Source: Candidatus Dormiibacterota bacterium (GTDB lineage: Bacteria > Chloroflexota > Dormibacteria > Aeolococcales > Bog-877). Taken from it: a stretch of 64,000 bases of DNA. Below are positions 50,389 through 61,674 of this stretch, piece after piece. The translations under genes and the position numbers were made by a program. The DNA lies in assembly GCA_049583555.1 (NCBI GenBank), contig JBAUWA010000095.1:6533-70532 (forward strand), given 5' to 3'. Each line of letters starts with the position of its first letter. Positions within the stretch are counted from its first letter, which is position 1. The notes beneath the pieces were generated by a model. That model made no database searches, was not told the DNA's origin, and saw only the letters and a program-made list of their open reading frames with translations.

Positions 50389-51360
50389 ATGAAAATGCCA
50401 TATCGCCGTCTGGGGCGATCCGGCCTTAGGGTGAGCCTGCTTTCGTTCGGCTCCTGGGTGAGTTTTGGCGAGCAGGTGGATGAAGACTTGGCGCTTGATT
50501 GCATGAGCGCAGCCCATGATCAGGGAGTCAATTTCTTCGACAACGCCGAGTCCTACGCCAGCGGCGAGTCGGAGCGAATCATGGGCCGCGTCCTAGCCCG
50601 GACCGACTGGCCGCGCAAGAGCTACATCGTCTCCACCAAACTCTTCTGGGGCCTGGACGAGGGCGTCAACACCTCCAATACGCTGAACCGAAAGTACCTG
50701 CAGCAGGGGATTGAGGGTTCGTTGGACCGATTTGGACTTGACTTCGTTGACCTGGTCTTCTGCCACCGGTCGGATCCGGAGACTCCCATCGAGGAGACAG
50801 TCTGGGCCATGCACGACATGGTCGCGCGGGGACAGGCCCTCTACTGGGGCACGTCCGAGTGGTCCGCAGACGAAATCCGCGCTGCCTACGACATCGCAGA
50901 ACGCCACCACCTGCACAAGCCCTTGATGGAGCAGGCGCAGTACAACCTGCTCCACCGGGTGCGGGTGGAGCGTGAGTACGCACGGCTCTACGAAGACTTG
51001 GGCCTGGGAATGACCACGTGGAGTCCACTCGCCTCCGGCGTGCTGACCGGCAAGTATCTCAACGGCATTCCCAAGGGCAGTCGCGCCGCCCTGCCCGGCT
51101 ACGAGTGGCTGCGTGAGGAAGTGACCGATCCCCAAGTGAACGCAGGAGTTGCCAAGCTGATGGCGGTTGCCGAGCAGCTGCAATGCTCGCTGCCCCAGCT
51201 AGCGATTGCGTGGTGCACTCACAATCCCCACGTCTCCACAGTCATCACCGGGGCGACCAGCGTAGAGCAAGTAAACGAGAACCTGCACTCGCTTGCGGCC
51301 CTGCCCAAGCTCACTGACTCTGTTCTCCAGCGCATCGACGAGGTGCTCCCAGGGGACTGA
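50389..51360 (+). CDS. Aldo/keto reductase, Kv-beta-subunit-like subfamily
   Basis: [25 protein letters not shown]...[14 protein letters not shown] and the C-terminal [20 protein letters not shown] are typical of Kvbeta/YghZ-type AKRs. 323 aa. Confidence 0.85.
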   Translation: MKMPYRRLGRSGLRVSLLSFGSWVSFGEQVDEDLALDCMSAAHDQGVNFFDNAESYASGESERIMGRVLARTDWPRKSYIVSTKLFWGLDEGVNTSNTLNRKYLQQGIEGSLDRFGLDFVDLVFCHRSDPETPIEETVWAMHDMVARGQALYWGTSEWSADEIRAAYDIAERHHLHKPLMEQAQYNLLHRVRVEREYARLYEDLGLGMTTWSPLASGVLTGKYLNGIPKGSRAALPGYEWLREEVTDPQVNAGVAKLMAVAEQLQCSLPQLAIAWCTHNPHVSTVITGATSVEQVNENLHSLAALPKLTDSVLQRIDEVLPGD

Positions 51361-51405
51361 GCACTGGCGCCGAGAGGGGTCCTTCTGGCCGTGGCTGGCC
51401 GGGTT

Positions 51406-52320
51406 CTAGCCGACCTCGGCGAACCGCTGCAGGAGCTCGGTCCAGCCATCATCTGCGGCGAAGGTCGCTTGTAACCGCGCCGCCTGGGGGCCGACCTGCT
51501 CCAGGCTCCGGTGCTCCACCTGGACCTGGCAGGAGCTGAGGCCCTCAGGGGTGAAAGTGACCTCCACCTCAGTTCGGAGGGCGGGATCGTAGCGCCAGTC
51601 TGGTCCCACCTTCCAATTCAACACCACTCTTCGGGGAGGCTCCCACACCAGGACCGTGCCCCAGGGTGATTCGCTGCCGTCGTCACCGCGCTCGAACCAG
51701 CGGCCGCCGATGCCTGGCTCGAGGATGACGGTGACAGCCGCAACCTCGCTGAAGTGACGTCGGCCCAGCGGCCACCAGGTGCCCATGCCCAGAGTGAACA
51801 GCTGAAAAGCGCGGACCTGGTCGCAGTGAATTTCCACCGCTCGATGGACAAGAAAGCGAGCATCCAGTTCGATGATTTCGGCCAGGTGGCGGCCCACTGG
51901 CAGCCCCTTGACCTCAGCACTGGGGAGGTTGGCGATCCGCTCCAGGTAGTCGCGCAGCTCCTCGACGCCCTTGGAACTGACCTGGTAAATGGTGTTGGCC
52001 CCAGTGCAGTCTTGGGCGACCAGCCCGGCGCCCCTCAGGGTCTCCAGCCACTCGATCAGCACCGGTCCCGGAGCCGCCAATTCGATTGCAAGCTGGGCAG
52101 CCGTTCTAGGTCCCGCAGCCAGCTGTTCCAGTACCTCGCGGCGGCCAGGATCGGTCAGGGCGTCAAGCGCGCGGCTGAGGCTGGAAGCCACGCTGCTAAC
52201 TATGGGGCACCCAAGGTCGAGCGCGGGAGGCCGCCACCATGCCGCGCCAACTGCCACAGACCCGACAGTTTGCAGGGCCGGACATCGAGCTTCTCGGCTA
52301 CTCCTCCCGGAACCTCTCAC
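51406..52320 (-). CDS. ArsR-family HTH regulator fused to SRPBCC (Aha1/AHSA1-like) domain
   Basis: N-terminal ArsR/SmtB wHTH (LSRALDALTDPGRREVLEQLAAGPRTAAQLAIEL). The C-terminal ~150 aa have the START/Bet v1-like fold (AHSA1 family). The start is uncertain; the first ~40 aa of the ORF may be non-coding. Confidence 0.7.
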   Translation of the reverse strand: MRGSGRSSREARCPALQTVGSVAVGAAWWRPPALDLGCPIVSSVASSLSRALDALTDPGRREVLEQLAAGPRTAAQLAIELAAPGPVLIEWLETLRGAGLVAQDCTGANTIYQVSSKGVEELRDYLERIANLPSAEVKGLPVGRHLAEIIELDARFLVHRAVEIHCDQVRAFQLFTLGMGTWWPLGRRHFSEVAAVTVILEPGIGGRWFERGDDGSESPWGTVLVWEPPRRVVLNWKVGPDWRYDPALRTEVEVTFTPEGLSSCQVQVEHRSLEQVGPQAARLQATFAADDGWTELLQRFAEVG

Positions 52321-52459
52321 GGAGCTGCGTCAGCGCCGCGGCGATCGCCGCTGACAGTGCCGCTCGAGCTTGGCTTGGGGTGGTCTCTGCCGGAGCTGGC
52401 GTCTCCACTCGGCCGCGAATCTTTCCAATTCTGCCCGCAGGGCGCGAACCAGCCAACCG

Positions 52460-53428
52460 TCAGCCCGCTTCTGGGTCGGGCTCCTCCGCTCCGGGATGAT
52501 CGAACTCCTGCCAGCGCAGCTCGGAGAAGCGCTGCAGTTGGTGTTGCGCTCCGTAGGCCAGGCAGCCCGCAACGATCTCTTTGCTCACACCCGGGTTGTT
52601 GAAGTTCGCCGTCCCCACCTGGATGGCGTCTGCTCCCGCCACCATGAACTCGAGGGCGTCGGCGGTGGTGGCAATGCCACCGATTCCGATCAGTGGGATG
52701 GCCACCGCCCGGCGCACCTTGGCCACCGCCGCCAGGGCCAGGGGTTTGACCGCCGGGCCGCTGAGTCCACCCAGGCCCGCACCCGGTAGCACCGGACCGT
52801 GGCGCTCTAGCGAGATCTTCATTCCCACGTAGGTGTTCACCGCGGACAGCGCATCCGCTCCGGCATCCTCCACTGCCCTTGCCACCTCGGCAATGTCGGT
52901 GACATTGGGACTCAGCTTGACCACCAGCGGCAGGGTCGTAGCCGCCCGGACTGCCGCGACGCAGCGGGCAGCGGCACCGGGCTCGGTGGCAAAGTCGAGT
53001 CCGTGAGCGATGTTGGGGCAGGAGATGTTCAACTCCACCCCGGAGACACCAGCAACGCCGTCTAGGCGCAGGACAACCTCGACGTACTCCTTGATGTCGG
53101 CGCCGGCGACGTTGACGATCACCGGCACTGACCAAGCGGCCCAGCGGGGGGCGTAGTCGCTTGCCACTACCTCGACCCCGGGGTTTTGGAGCCCGATGGA
53201 GTTGAGCATTCCGGCCGCCGTCTCCGCGATCCGGGGAGGACGGTTGCCCTCCCGGGGCTGCGCCGTGGTTCCCTTGGAGAAGATCGCACCCAGATGGCTT
53301 ATCCCGGCCATCTCCTCTGCCTCGAACCCGAATCCAAAAGTTCCCGAGGCCACGCCGACCGGATTGGCCAGGACCAGCCCCCGTCCTAAGTCGACGCGGG
53401 GGTCAAGCTCCGAACTGAGGGCGCTCAT
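52460..53428 (-). CDS. pyrD: Dihydroorotate dehydrogenase, class 1B catalytic subunit PyrD
   Basis: Class-1 DHOD with the catalytic Cys motif ELNISCPN, plus VKLSPN and IGIGGI. ATG at 53428 overlaps the pyrK stop (ATGA). The ORF extension to 53581 overlaps pyrK. Confidence 0.9.
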   Translation of the reverse strand: MSALSSELDPRVDLGRGLVLANPVGVASGTFGFGFEAEEMAGISHLGAIFSKGTTAQPREGNRPPRIAETAAGMLNSIGLQNPGVEVVASDYAPRWAAWSVPVIVNVAGADIKEYVEVVLRLDGVAGVSGVELNISCPNIAHGLDFATEPGAAARCVAAVRAATTLPLVVKLSPNVTDIAEVARAVEDAGADALSAVNTYVGMKISLERHGPVLPGAGLGGLSGPAVKPLALAAVAKVRRAVAIPLIGIGGIATTADALEFMVAGADAIQVGTANFNNPGVSKEIVAGCLAYGAQHQLQRFSELRWQEFDHPGAEEPDPEAG

Positions 53429-54318
53429 TCCAGGTGAGCGGGCTGGGTGAGCAATCGCTCCCAGTCCAGCATCGAGGCAAGGAATACGGGGCCCTGACGG
53501 CAGCAGAGTCCTAGGACGGGGTGGTCGCCATCGATATCGCCCACCGGGACGGCGCATCCCAGGCAGGTGCCGAACCCACAACCCATGGGCGCTTCGATGG
53601 AGACCTCGAGCGCCGGTGCGGTCGCCAGCCGGCCGGAAAGGTCGGCGAGGGATCTAAAAACCGCCGCCAGCATCTGATTGGGCCCGCAGGCGTAGGCACG
53701 TTGCGCTTGGCTGAGATGAGAGGCAAGTCCCACCGTGACGCGCCCCAAAATTCCGGAGCTGCCGTCCTCGGTGAGGCGGATCATCTGGTCTACCCCCGGG
53801 GGTACGAGTTCTTGGGGATAGAGCTCAGTAGCAGTCCTGGCGCCGTTGATCCATACCACCTGCTCACCGCGATCCAGGAGCACCTGAGTGAGGAGCGGAA
53901 AGGGGGCTGCACCCAGTCCACCCGAGATCAGCACCGACCGCCCAGGGCGGTCCGGCAGGGTGAACCCTTGGCCCAATGGCCCCAGGATCCTCGCCGGCAT
54001 ACCAGGCGCGAATCGCTGCAGGCGCCGGCTGCCCTCGCCCACCGCGCCCACGTAGAAGGAAACCTCGCCAGTCTCCGGGTCCGTACGGCTGAAGGAGAAG
54101 GGTCGGCGCAGCAGTGGGATGTGACTCTCCTCCACCCAGATCTGGGCGAACTCCCCAGGTTGGGCTCGGCGGGAGATCTCGGGCGCGCAGAAGGAGATCT
54201 GAAAAAGGTTCCCCTCCAGGGGCAGCACCGAGGTGCACTCGACCTGCTCATCCACCGCTCGGGACAGCCGGCTCTCGCCGATTAGACGCTTGGCGGACAG
54301 GCTGGCCAGCTGAGTCAC
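53425..54318 (-). CDS. pyrK: Dihydroorotate dehydrogenase electron-transfer subunit PyrK
   Basis: FNR-like FAD/NAD domain plus a C-terminal [2Fe-2S] Cys cluster (CGFGTCLGCAV...C). Translationally coupled on both sides (carB stop to pyrK start, pyrK stop to pyrD start). Confidence 0.9.
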   Translation of the reverse strand: MTQLASLSAKRLIGESRLSRAVDEQVECTSVLPLEGNLFQISFCAPEISRRAQPGEFAQIWVEESHIPLLRRPFSFSRTDPETGEVSFYVGAVGEGSRRLQRFAPGMPARILGPLGQGFTLPDRPGRSVLISGGLGAAPFPLLTQVLLDRGEQVVWINGARTATELYPQELVPPGVDQMIRLTEDGSSGILGRVTVGLASHLSQAQRAYACGPNQMLAAVFRSLADLSGRLATAPALEVSIEAPMGCGFGTCLGCAVPVGDIDGDHPVLGLCCRQGPVFLASMLDWERLLTQPAHLE

Positions 54319-57300
54319 GGCGCCACCTGGCGGAGGCTGCCCTGGCGGTGTTCACCAATAGTCGCGACCTCGACCACGCCGCCGCCGCCGCTTTCCAGAG
54401 CGGCCACTAGGGCGGCGGCAGTCTCGAGTGAGGTGAGGCAGGGTATGCCCCTCTGCACTGCGGCCTGACGGATGCGGTAGCCGTCTCGAACCGGTCGCCG
54501 GCCGCCCCAGTCTTCGCCATCCGGTTCCAGCTCATCGGTCCCGGTGCCCGAGATGGTATTGATGACCAGCTCGACCTGGCCGGCCACGGTGACGTCGAGG
54601 ACGTTGGGCCGGCCGGAGTGGAGCTTGCTGACCTCGACCACACTGATTCCCGCTTGGCGGAGAGCCGCTGCAGTGCCCGGAGTGGCGTAGAGACGAAAGC
54701 CCAACTCGGCCAGTCGGGCGGCGATCGGCAGACCCTCGGCCTTGTCCTGATCGGCGATGCTGACCAGCGCTCCACCCCGGCGAGGTAGGCTGCCCAGGGC
54801 GGCCCAGAACGCCTTCTCGAGTGCCTCCGGGAGCGACGGTGCCACCCCGATCACCTCCCCGGTGGAGGTCATTTCTGGCCCCAGGACGCTGTCGACCTGG
54901 TCGAGTTTGCGCGCCGAAAATACCGGGGCCTTGACCGCAACCAGAGGTGGCGGTGGCAGCAATCCCACCGCCAGGTGACGTGATTGCAAGGACTCGCCGA
55001 GCATGGCTCCGACCGCGGTGTCCACCATTGCCACCCCGGTCACCTTGCTCAGGAAGGGAACGGTCCGGCTTGCCCGGGGGTTCACCTCGATTACCAGGAC
55101 CTGCCCTCGGTGGACCACGTACTGGACGTTGATCAGGCCCACCGTGCTGGTGCCCAGCGCCAGCTCGGCGGTGATCCTGACTAGATCGGCGATGGCGGTC
55201 GGGTCGAGCCGCTGCGGCGGAAAGACCGCCATCGAGTCCCCGGAGTGGACGCCGGCCCTCTCGATGTGCTCCATGACGCCGGGAACCAGCACCTGCTCGC
55301 CGTCGCAGATGGCGTCGACCTCAACCTCCATCCCCAGGATGTACTTGTCGATCAGCACCTCGCCGCCAGCGTCGCCCGAGGCCAGCAGGGCGTCGCCCAG
55401 ATACAGCCGCAGCTCTTGCAGCGAGTGAACCACGTCCATGGCCCGACCACCCAGGACGTAAGAGGGCCGCACCAGCACCGGGTAGCCCACCCGGTCGGCG
55501 ATCCGCTCCGCCTCCTCGGGGTCGCGAGTGGCGGCCCCGGGGGGACGGGCGATGCCTAGGCGCTGGAGCAAGGCCTCGAAGCGCCCGCGATCTTCGGCCA
55601 TCTCGATGGAGGCTGCTGCCGAGCCCAGCAGGGGCACCCCCAGGTGGTGGAGCTGTCCAGCCAGGTTGACTGCGGTCTGGCCGCCGAACTGGACCATGAC
55701 TCCCCGGGGCCGCTCCACCGAGCAGACCTGGAGCACCGACTCCAGGTCCACCGGCTCGAAGTAGAGCCGGGAGCTGCAGTCGAAGTCGGTGGACACCGTT
55801 TCCGGGTTGCTGTTGATCATCACTGCCTCCAGGCCCCGGCGCTGGAGAGCCGCTGCCGCCTGAACCGAGCAGTAGTCAAACTCGATGCCCTGCCCGATCC
55901 TGATCGGGCCCGACCCCAGCACCACCGCAGACCCCGCGCCTCCCCTCTGCTCGTCCTCAATCTCGAAGCTGGAGTAGAAGTAGGGGGTGGTGGCGTCGAA
56001 CTCAGCCGCGCAGGTGTCGACGCACTTGAAGGTGGGGAGGACCCCAGTCCGGGTGCGCTCCTCCTCCACCTGAGCCGGAGCTCGTTCGGTGAGCTGGGCG
56101 ATCCTTCGGTCGGAGAGGCCGGAGCGTTTGGCCAGACGAAGGAGGGCCACCGGGAGCTCACCACCGGCCGCCTTCGCGAGGTCCGCCTCTAGGCCGGCCA
56201 GGTCGCCCAGGCGATCGCAGAACCACTGCGGGTAGCCGGTGCGGCGCGCGACGGTGGCGGCGTCCTCGCCGCGCGCCAGCGCCTCGAGCACCGCCTGCAG
56301 CCGAAGATCGGTGGGTTCCTCCAAACGCTCCGTCGCTCGCCGCAGCGCCGATGGCTCGGGCGCAACCTGCTCCAGCGAGCGCAGCACCTTGCTGATCGCC
56401 GACTCGAAGGTTCTGCCAATGGCCATCGCCTCGCCGGTTGACTTCATCTGGGTGCCCAGCCGCCGGTCGCCGTGGGGGAACTTGTCGAATGGCCAGCGGG
56501 GCGACTTGGCGACGCAGTAATCCAGGCTGGGCTCAAAGGCCGCGCAGGTGCGGCCGGTGACCTGGTTGCGAATCTCCCTGAGCCGCCGACCCACCGCGAT
56601 CTTGGCCGCCACCCGTGCGATCGGGTAGCCGGTGGCTTTGGAGGCCAGGGCTGAGGAGCGGCTCACCCTAGGGTTGACCTCGATCACGAAGTAAGTGAAG
56701 GAGTCGGGCGCAAGCGCGAACTGGACGTTGCAGCCGCCCTCGATCTTGAGTGACCGAATGATGCGGAGCGCGGCCGAGCGCAGCTGCTGGTGCTCTTTAT
56801 CGGTGAGGGTCTGGCTGGGAGCAACCACCAGGGAGTCCCCGGTGTGGACTCCCATCGGGTCGAGGTTCTCCATGTTGCAGACACAGATGCAGGTGTCGTC
56901 GCCGTCTCGCATCACCTCGTACTCCAGCTCCCGCCAGCCCACCAGCGCCTGCTCCACCAGCACCTGAGTGATGGGGCTGACCTGGAGCCCGCGAGCCACC
57001 ACCTGCTCCAGCTCCTCCAGACTGTGGACAAGGCCACCACCCGTGCCTCCCAGGGTGAAGGCGGGCCGGACCACTAGCGGCAACCCCACCTCGAGGGCAA
57101 AGGAGGTGGCTTCTGACACGCTGTTGACGGTCCGGGAGGGGGGTACGGGCTCCCCGATCGAGATCATTCTTCGCTTGAAGCGCTCACGGTCTTCGGCGTC
57201 GCGCACCGCCTCCAGCGGAGTCCCCAACACCCGCACCTGGTATTGCTCAAGCACTCCGGCCTCGTCGAGAGCCACGGCCAGATTCAGAGCCGTTTGCCCT

Positions 57301-58773
57301 CCTAGGCCGGCGAGAAGTCCGTCGGGACGTTCCCGCGCTATCACCTTGCTCAGGACCTCTACGGTCAGCGGCTCCAGGTAGACCCGGTCGGCAACCTCCT
57401 CGTCGGTCATGATGGTGGCGGGGTTGCTGTTGACCAGCACCACCTCCATGCCCTCCTCGCGGAGAGCCCGGCAGGCCTGGGTTCCCGCGTAGTCGAACTC
57501 GGCAGCCTGTCCGATCACAATCGGCCCACTGCCCAGAACCAGCACCCGGCGGATCGATCCTCTATCAGGAGCTGAGGTCGGGACCCGATGCCGGTTATCC
57601 CCGCGCCCAGTCCGGCTCAGGTCCAGGAACTCGTCGAAAAGATGCTGGCGATCTTGAGGTCCAGGACTGCCCTCGGGGTGGTACTGCACTGATATCACCG
57701 GGAGTTGGTGGTGTCGCAGCCCCTCCACCGAGTCGTCGTTGAGGTTGCGCTCGGAAACGATCCAGCCGCTCTCCACAACGATGCTCTGGGCATCTACCTG
57801 GAATTCGTGGTTTTGGGGGGTCACGAAGACCTCGCCAGTGACCAGGTCCGCCACCGGGTGGTTGCCCCCGTGATGCCCGAAGGGAAGGCGACTGGTGGTT
57901 CCCCCGATCGCCCTTCCCACCAGCTGGTGGCCCAGGCAGATGGCGAGGATGGGATAGCGCTCCAAGAGGCCTTTGACCAGCTCGACCTGGGCGGTGAGGC
58001 TGGCGGGGTCGCCGGGTCCGTTGCTGAGGAAGACCCCGTCCGGGTGGAGGTCTGCGATCTCATCGAGGGTGGCCGAATGGGGCAGAACCCAAACCTCGGC
58101 GCCCCGACTGACCAGCGAGCGCAGGGCGTTGCGCTTCACCCCCAGGTCTAGCACGGCGATGCGTAACCCCTCCCCGCTGGCGCGCTGTCCGGCCCCCCGG
58201 CGCAGGGCCGGATGGAGCGGCTCCAGCCAGCGCCTGGTCTGAGTCGAGGAGACTGCGGCGACCAGATCCTGCTCCGAGACTGAGGGCGAGCGCCGCGCTA
58301 GCTCCGCCAGTTCCCCCACGGATCCGGCGCTGGTGGGCGCCATTACCCCACGCAAGGTCCCGTGGTCCCGCAGATGTCGGGTCAGCGCTCTGGTGTCCAC
58401 CCCCTCCAGGCCGGGCACACCCTGGTCCTCGAGCCAGGCTCCAAAAGTCGACTGAGCCTGCCAGTGGGGTGAGGTCGGACTGCACTCGGCGACGATCACC
58501 CCCCGGCAGAAGGCGCGGTCCGACTCCATATCCACTTCAGCCGCCCCGACATTTCCGATCAGAGGCTGGGTGAAGACCAGCAGTTGCCCGGCATACGAGG
58601 GGTCGGTGCAGACCTCCTGATACCCGGTCATGCAGGTGTTGAAGACCACCTCCCCCAAGCCCAGCTGCGAACCGACCGCGGGCTTGGCGCCGATCCAGGT
58701 TCCTGAGAAGGACGCGCCCGACTCCAGAACCAGTCGTCCCTCCTCCCCCTGCCCCCGACTGCTCAGAACCAAC
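54315..58773 (-). CDS. carAB: Carbamoyl-phosphate synthase: carA (small, glutaminase) and carB (large) read as one continuous in-frame ORF
   Basis: The CarA part (RLVLESGASFSG... ICLGHQL ... YHPEGSPGP) runs directly into CarB (…RVLVLGSGPIVIGQAAEFDYAGTQA…) with no stop and no canonical start in the linker of about 10 aa. CarB shows both ATP-grasp halves and the MGS-like domain. The likely start is a TTG at about 58772, immediately after the pyrC stop. The ORF extension to 58997 overlaps pyrC. Confidence 0.85.
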
Positions 58774-60081
58774 TCAGTCGTCAGCCAGTTCCGGGACCAG
58801 TTCGCGGTTGAGGTGCACCATCCGCCCCCGGGCGAAAGTCGCCAGCACGGTGCCCCGGAGCGTCTCCCCCCAAAAAGGCGTGTTGGTACCCAGCGAAAGC
58901 CAGGTCTGGCTACTGGGGGTCCAGCTCTGGTTGGGGTCGAACCAGGTGAAGGACGCAGGCTCGCCGGCCCTGATCCCGTCGCCCGGTGCGATGGCACCGG
59001 CCTCCCCGAGCACGCGCCGAGGACCGGCGGTCAGAGCCTCCAGCACTCTGGCCAGATGGAACATCACTCCTCCCTGGCCGAGGACCGCCGAAAGTGCTAG
59101 CTGGACCCCACTGAAGCCCGCCTGTCGCTCGAAGGCGGGGGCTGCCTCATGGGGAGCGTGGTCGCTGGCGATGGCGTCGATGGTCCCGTCCAAGAGCGCC
59201 TCCCAGAGGGCCATCCGGTCGGACTCGGTGCGCAGGGGCGGGTTGCAACGCCCGGTCGCCTCGAGTTCGATGCCGCTCTCCGGAGCGGTGAGCATGAGAT
59301 GGTGGGGTGTGACCTCGGCCGTCAGCCCGAGGCCGCTCGCCTTGGCCCGACGAACCATGTCGGCGCCGGCGGCGGTACTGACGTGCTGGAGGTGAAGCCG
59401 GGAACCGGGGACCGACCGCAACGCGGCAATTCCCCTTTCGATTGCCGAGATCTCCGCTTCCGGAGGCCTGACCCGCCAGAGGAATGGATCTTGATTGCCC
59501 CGGTTGGCCTTGGCTAGGAGGCTCTCGTCCTCGGGGTGGATCGCCACCACTCGGTCCAGGGCCGCTGCCTGTCGCAACGCCTTGCCGAGTTCTTCCTCCC
59601 TCATGCCGTTCCGGCCGTCGTCGGAGAACCCCGCCGCCCCGCCCTCAGCGAGCGCCTCGAAATTGGTGAGCGCTGACCCCTCTAAGCCCTCGCTGCACGC
59701 CGCAAACTGAAGAACCGGGACCCTTGCCCAGGTCTTGTTCTCGCGCTGACACTCCCGGAGCCGCCCCAGCGTGTCCACCGGCGGTACCAAGTTGGCCATG
59801 CCGCACACGGCGCCAAATCCACCAGCCGCCGCCGCTCCGGTTGCCTTGGCGATCCGCTCCTTCCAGGGCTGGCCTGGCTCACGGAGGTGGCAGTGCAGGT
59901 CGACAAAGCAAGGCGAGACCACCGAGCCCTCCCGATGAAGCTGGATAGTCCCCTCTCGGGGCTCTAGGCCGGTGCCGACCTGAAGGAGCACGCCGTCCTC
60001 GAGCAGCAGGTCGCAAGCGGGCAGATCAACCGCGCTGATGGGATCGATCAAGCGGACCTGCTGGACCATGATCTGGGTCAA
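58774..60081 (-). CDS. pyrC: Dihydroorotase PyrC
   Basis: Metal-binding motifs (DLHCHLREPG, carboxylated-Lys region, DHAPH). About 435 aa with a TTG start. Its start overlaps the pyrR stop. Confidence 0.9.
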   Translation of the reverse strand: MTQIMVQQVRLIDPISAVDLPACDLLLEDGVLLQVGTGLEPREGTIQLHREGSVVSPCFVDLHCHLREPGQPWKERIAKATGAAAAGGFGAVCGMANLVPPVDTLGRLRECQRENKTWARVPVLQFAACSEGLEGSALTNFEALAEGGAAGFSDDGRNGMREEELGKALRQAAALDRVVAIHPEDESLLAKANRGNQDPFLWRVRPPEAEISAIERGIAALRSVPGSRLHLQHVSTAAGADMVRRAKASGLGLTAEVTPHHLMLTAPESGIELEATGRCNPPLRTESDRMALWEALLDGTIDAIASDHAPHEAAPAFERQAGFSGVQLALSAVLGQGGVMFHLARVLEALTAGPRRVLGEAGAIAPGDGIRAGEPASFTWFDPNQSWTPSSQTWLSLGTNTPFWGETLRGTVLATFARGRMVHLNRELVPELADD

Positions 60082-60656
60082 GCCGAATCGACCTCGTTGG
60101 ATCGCAACAGCACCCCGTCCTTGCCGTCAACCTCCAAGAGTTGGACCAGCACCCGTTCGGTCTCGGAGGTGGGCAGGTTTCGGCCCACATAGGTTGCCCT
60201 GAGCGGCAGCTCTCGATGCCCCCGATCGACGACCACCAGAAGCTCGACAGCGTGGGGCCGACCGAGGTCGGCCAGGGCGTCGAGCGCCGCCCTTCCGGTC
60301 CGCCCATGAAAGAGCACGTCGTCAACCAGCACCACCACCCGGTCGCGGACCGAGTCGGCCGTCGCTGGAGTCATTGGTAGCGGAGGGGTCCCGGGAGGGG
60401 AGATCCGGGCCCCATCGTCGCGATAGGGGCCGACGTCCAAGGTGGCCCCACTCCACTGGGCCCCGCCTTGCGATCGGATCAGATCGAGCAGCCTGGCGGC
60501 GAGGAACGCCCCTCTGGTAAGGATCCCGATGAGCACGACTCCGCCCTCGGGGTGACGCTCCTGCAACTCACGGGCGAGCCGCCAGAGGGTGCGTTGCAGC
60601 TCGTCCGCACCCAGGAGCTCGCGGGCCCCGCTGGTCGCCAATTGATCCGTGGTCAC
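60078..60656 (-). CDS. pyrR: Bifunctional pyrimidine operon regulatory protein / uracil phosphoribosyltransferase PyrR
   Basis: PRTase motif VVLVDDVLFHGRTGRAAL and LVVVDRGHRELPLRATYVGRNLPTS, closely matching the PyrR consensus. 192 aa. Confidence 0.9.
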   Translation of the reverse strand: MTTDQLATSGARELLGADELQRTLWRLARELQERHPEGGVVLIGILTRGAFLAARLLDLIRSQGGAQWSGATLDVGPYRDDGARISPPGTPPLPMTPATADSVRDRVVVLVDDVLFHGRTGRAALDALADLGRPHAVELLVVVDRGHRELPLRATYVGRNLPTSETERVLVQLLEVDGKDGVLLRSNEVDSA

Positions 60657-61609
60657 CCTTGCAGCAGCATCTGGAGCAGGGCCATCCGCACCGCCACCCC
60701 ATTGCGCGCCTGGCGGAAATAGGCTGCCCGGGGATCGCGATCCACGGCCGGGTCGATCTCGCCCACCCGCGGCAGAGGGTGCATGACAATCGCGGTCTGG
60801 GGCAGGTGGGACATGACCTCCTCGCTGATCCGGAAGTTGCGCCTCTGGTCCTCGGACTCGTCCCAGGGCTCGCTGAAGCGCTCAAGTTGTATCCGGGTCT
60901 GGTAGACGATGTCGGCGTCGGCGACCGCACTAAGTAGGTCCTCGGTCTCGTGGACCTCAGCCCCGTGCTTGAGCAGGTGGGTGATCACCCCAGGGCTCAT
61001 GCGGATCCGCTCCGGCGCCACCAGGGTCACTCTCAAGCCCCGATACAGGGCCAGCAGGTAGGCCAGGGAGTGGACGGTTCGACCGTGGCTGAGATCACCG
61101 ACCATCACCACGTGGAGATCGTCGAGGTGGCCGATCTCGCTCTGGATGGTGTAGAGGTCGAGCAGGGCCTGGGTGGGGTGCTGCCCAGGGCCGTCACCGG
61201 CATTGATCACCGGGACCGGAGATACCTCCGCCGCCCGCGCCGCGGCGCCTTCCTCTGAGTGCCGCAGCACGATGCAGTCCGAGTAGCCGGCCACGATCCG
61301 GACGGTGTCCTCCAGGGTCTCCCCCTTGATGGCCGAAGAGAAGTCGCGGGCGTTCTCGGTGCCGATCACCTGGCCCCCCAGCCGCAGCATGGCCGCCTCG
61401 AAGCTGAGCCGGGTCCGGGTGCTGGGCTCGTAGAAGAGGCTGGCCATGATCCGGCCGGGAAGCACCTGCCCGCCGCCCCGGGCCCTTAGCGCCTCCATCT
61501 CCGCGCTCAGTCGGAAGAGCGCGCCGAGTCGCTCGCGGTCGAACTGCTGGGCGGCGACGACATGACTGAGAGGTGCAAGGGCCGCTTTCGGAGGGCTGCT
61601 CGCCGACAT
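60653..61609 (-). CDS. pyrB: Aspartate carbamoyltransferase catalytic subunit PyrB
   Basis: STRTR carbamoyl-phosphate binding motif (YEPSTRTRLSFEAA) and the HPLP motif (HPLPRVGEI). 318 aa. Confidence 0.95.
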   Translation of the reverse strand: MSASSPPKAALAPLSHVVAAQQFDRERLGALFRLSAEMEALRARGGGQVLPGRIMASLFYEPSTRTRLSFEAAMLRLGGQVIGTENARDFSSAIKGETLEDTVRIVAGYSDCIVLRHSEEGAAARAAEVSPVPVINAGDGPGQHPTQALLDLYTIQSEIGHLDDLHVVMVGDLSHGRTVHSLAYLLALYRGLRVTLVAPERIRMSPGVITHLLKHGAEVHETEDLLSAVADADIVYQTRIQLERFSEPWDESEDQRRNFRISEEVMSHLPQTAIVMHPLPRVGEIDPAVDRDPRAAYFRQARNGVAVRMALLQMLLQG

Positions 61610-61674
61610 GGTGTCCTCCCATATGGGAGTCCGGCACGCCGGCAGGCGGCCGCGGCGGCGACGGCCGCCGAGCT

